A stretch of 64,000 bases of DNA from Thermodesulfobacteriota bacterium (GTDB lineage Bacteria; Desulfobacterota_D; UBA1144; Nemesobacterales; UBA2774): assembly GCA_965216785.1 (NCBI GenBank), contig OZ244197.1, positions 2,432,001 through 2,496,000 on the forward strand, read 5' to 3'. The position numbers were made by a program, and so were the translations under genes. Below the pieces are notes generated by a model. The model searched no databases. It was not told the DNA's origin and saw only the letters and a list, made by a program, of their open reading frames with translations. This document shows positions 62,531 to 64,000 of the stretch, piece by piece (the first letter of the stretch is position 1; every line of letters begins with the position of its first letter).

Positions 62531-62806
62531 TTAAAGACCCCCTGCAATAGCAGGAATAATAGATACCACGTCTCCGTCGTTTAGCTGAGTCTCTTTTCCG
62601 TCAAGGAATCTTATATCTTCGTTATTTACATACAGATTGATAAATCTTCTCACATTTCCCGATTCATCGCAGAGCCTGTCCTTAATCCCCGGGTACTGAC
62701 TCTCCATTGTCTCTATTAAATCAGAAACGTTTGAGGCGCTGATCGTAACCTCATCCTGATCGGCGGTTAATTTTCTAAGCGGTGTTGGAATGCGTACTGA
62801 CGGCAT
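62531..62806 (-). CDS. MoaD/ThiS/CysO-family ubiquitin-like sulfur carrier
   Basis: VRIPTPLR, RFINLYVNNEDIRF, IIPAIAGG-L; start at 62806 after GGAGG. Confidence 0.92.
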   Translation of the reverse strand: MPSVRIPTPLRKLTADQDEVTISASNVSDLIETMESQYPGIKDRLCDESGNVRRFINLYVNNEDIRFLDGKETQLNDGDVVSIIPAIAGGL

Positions 62807-64000
62807 TTTGAATACCTCCTTGTTCATGATTGTTAATACTTGTGTAAAGCTCCTCAAATTCTTCCAGTCTAGCCTCGATAATTTGGGGCTGTGACACATC
62901 TTGTACTATCGCTTCCTGAGTCTTTAGACCGTTCCCAGTAATTGAAACCACTATGGACTCGTCTTTGGGGATTGCGCCTTGCTCTATAAGTTTTTTCGTT
63001 ACGGCTATGGTTACGCCCCCGGCAGTCTCTGTGAATATGCCCTCTGTCTCGGCCAGAAGCTTAATACCCTCCACTATCTCCTTGTCACTCGCATCTTCTC
63101 CGGCGCCCCCGCTATTTTTCATTACACCCATTGCGTAAAAACCGTCCGCGGGTGTTCCGATCGCAAGCGATTTCGCGATGGTATCGGGCTTAACGGGCTT
63201 AAATATTTCCCAGCCGTTCTTAAGCGCCGTGGTAATCGGCGAGCATCCTGTTGCCTGAGCCCCGTATATGCATGTATCGCTCTTATCTATGAGCCCGATT
63301 GTCTCAAATTCCTGAATAGCCTTCCAAACTTTGGTCAGAAGAGAGCCGCTAGCCATTGGCACGACAATATGTTTTGGCGCGCGCCAACCGAGCTGCTCCA
63401 TCATTTCATATGCGAAGGACTTTGATCCTTCAGCGTAATAAGGCCGCATGTTAATATTAACAAAGGCCCAGCCGAACTTACCCGCTATTTCGCTGCAGAG
63501 CCTGTTCACATCGTCATAAGTCCCTTTAATTCCGATTAAATTCGAACCGTATACCGTAGTCGCCACAATCTTTGCCTGCTCAAGGTCATAGGGGATAAAT
63601 ATAAAGCTTTTAAGGTTCCCTGATGAAGTGAGGGAGGCTACCGCGTTTGCCAGGTTTCCCGTGGAAGCGCATGCAGCGGTATCGAACCCAAACTCCTTTG
63701 CTTTACTTAGCGCAACCGACACGACTCTGTCTTTAAACGAAAGCGTAGGGAAGCATACGGCGTCGTTCTTAATATATATTTCAGATACACCGAGCGCCTT
63801 ACCCAGGTTTTCCGCACGAACAAGTGGGGTGTAGCCCACTTTAAGACCTATTGTAGGCTCTTTGTCCACGGGGAGAAGCTCTTTATATCTCCAGATGTTT
63901 CTGTCTCTTCTTTCTATAACGTCTCTTGTCAGAGCCTCTTTTATGGTGTCGTAATTGTAGACCGCTTCTAGCGGTCCGAAACAAATATCGCACACGTGCA
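62775..64000 (-). CDS. thrC: threonine synthase-like PLP enzyme (5' end beyond the window)
   Basis: PTLSFKDR PLP lysine, ASTGNLA, EGSKS, ITGNGLK. Confidence 0.88.
   Translation of the reverse strand, partial: HVCDICFGPLEAVYNYDTIKEALTRDVIERRDRNIWRYKELLPVDKEPTIGLKVGYTPLVRAENLGKALGVSEIYIKNDAVCFPTLSFKDRVVSVALSKAKEFGFDTAACASTGNLANAVASLTSSGNLKSFIFIPYDLEQAKIVATTVYGSNLIGIKGTYDDVNRLCSEIAGKFGWAFVNINMRPYYAEGSKSFAYEMMEQLGWRAPKHIVVPMASGSLLTKVWKAIQEFETIGLIDKSDTCIYGAQATGCSPITTALKNGWEIFKPVKPDTIAKSLAIGTPADGFYAMGVMKNSGGAGEDASDKEIVEGIKLLAETEGIFTETAGGVTIAVTKKLIEQGAIPKDESIVVSITGNGLKTQEAIVQDVSQPQIIEARLEEFEELYTSINNHEQGGIQNAVSTHSNTA

Overview
Gene-dense bacterial chromosomal segment with about 62 real CDSs. I saw no rRNA, tRNA, CRISPR array, transposase or prophage. 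Gene content and an IPTL-CTERM protein suggest a delta-like Gram-negative lineage, possibly Dadabacteria/Desulfobacterota; this is an inference. The first ~17 kb is accessory-looking: TPR protein, M42 peptidase, an atypical SDR, a prokaryotic pentameric ligand-gated ion channel, a DsrE-like CxxC protein plus a Zymomonas-type pyruvate decarboxylase divergent from a flavoprotein disulfide reductase, several secreted proteins, YceI, GNAT, SixA, RraA, hemolysin III and a B12-radical SAM. The rest is mostly housekeeping: rplU-rpmA, a degenerate HAMP-cyclase, mnmA-mtaB, an AAA+/VWA pair divergent from an ECF sigma/zinc anti-sigma, nfeD-stomatin, a peptide ABC transporter, yceD-rpmF-fabD-fabG-acpP-fabF (no plsX/fabH), acnA-icd-mdh, a mycobacterial-Sdh1-like succinate dehydrogenase, sucC without sucD, rpoH-dnaK, rpmE, EF-G2, ppx/gppA, grpE-dnaK2-dnaJ, and a threonine-synthase-like gene overlapping a capped (GG-L) sulfur carrier. 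The best candidates for undescribed biology are the PDC/DsrE/disulfide-reductase locus, the pseudo-cyclase receptor, the ion channel, the type-F SDH and the AAA/VWA-ECF locus. All family calls come from motifs read by eye; no database searches were run.
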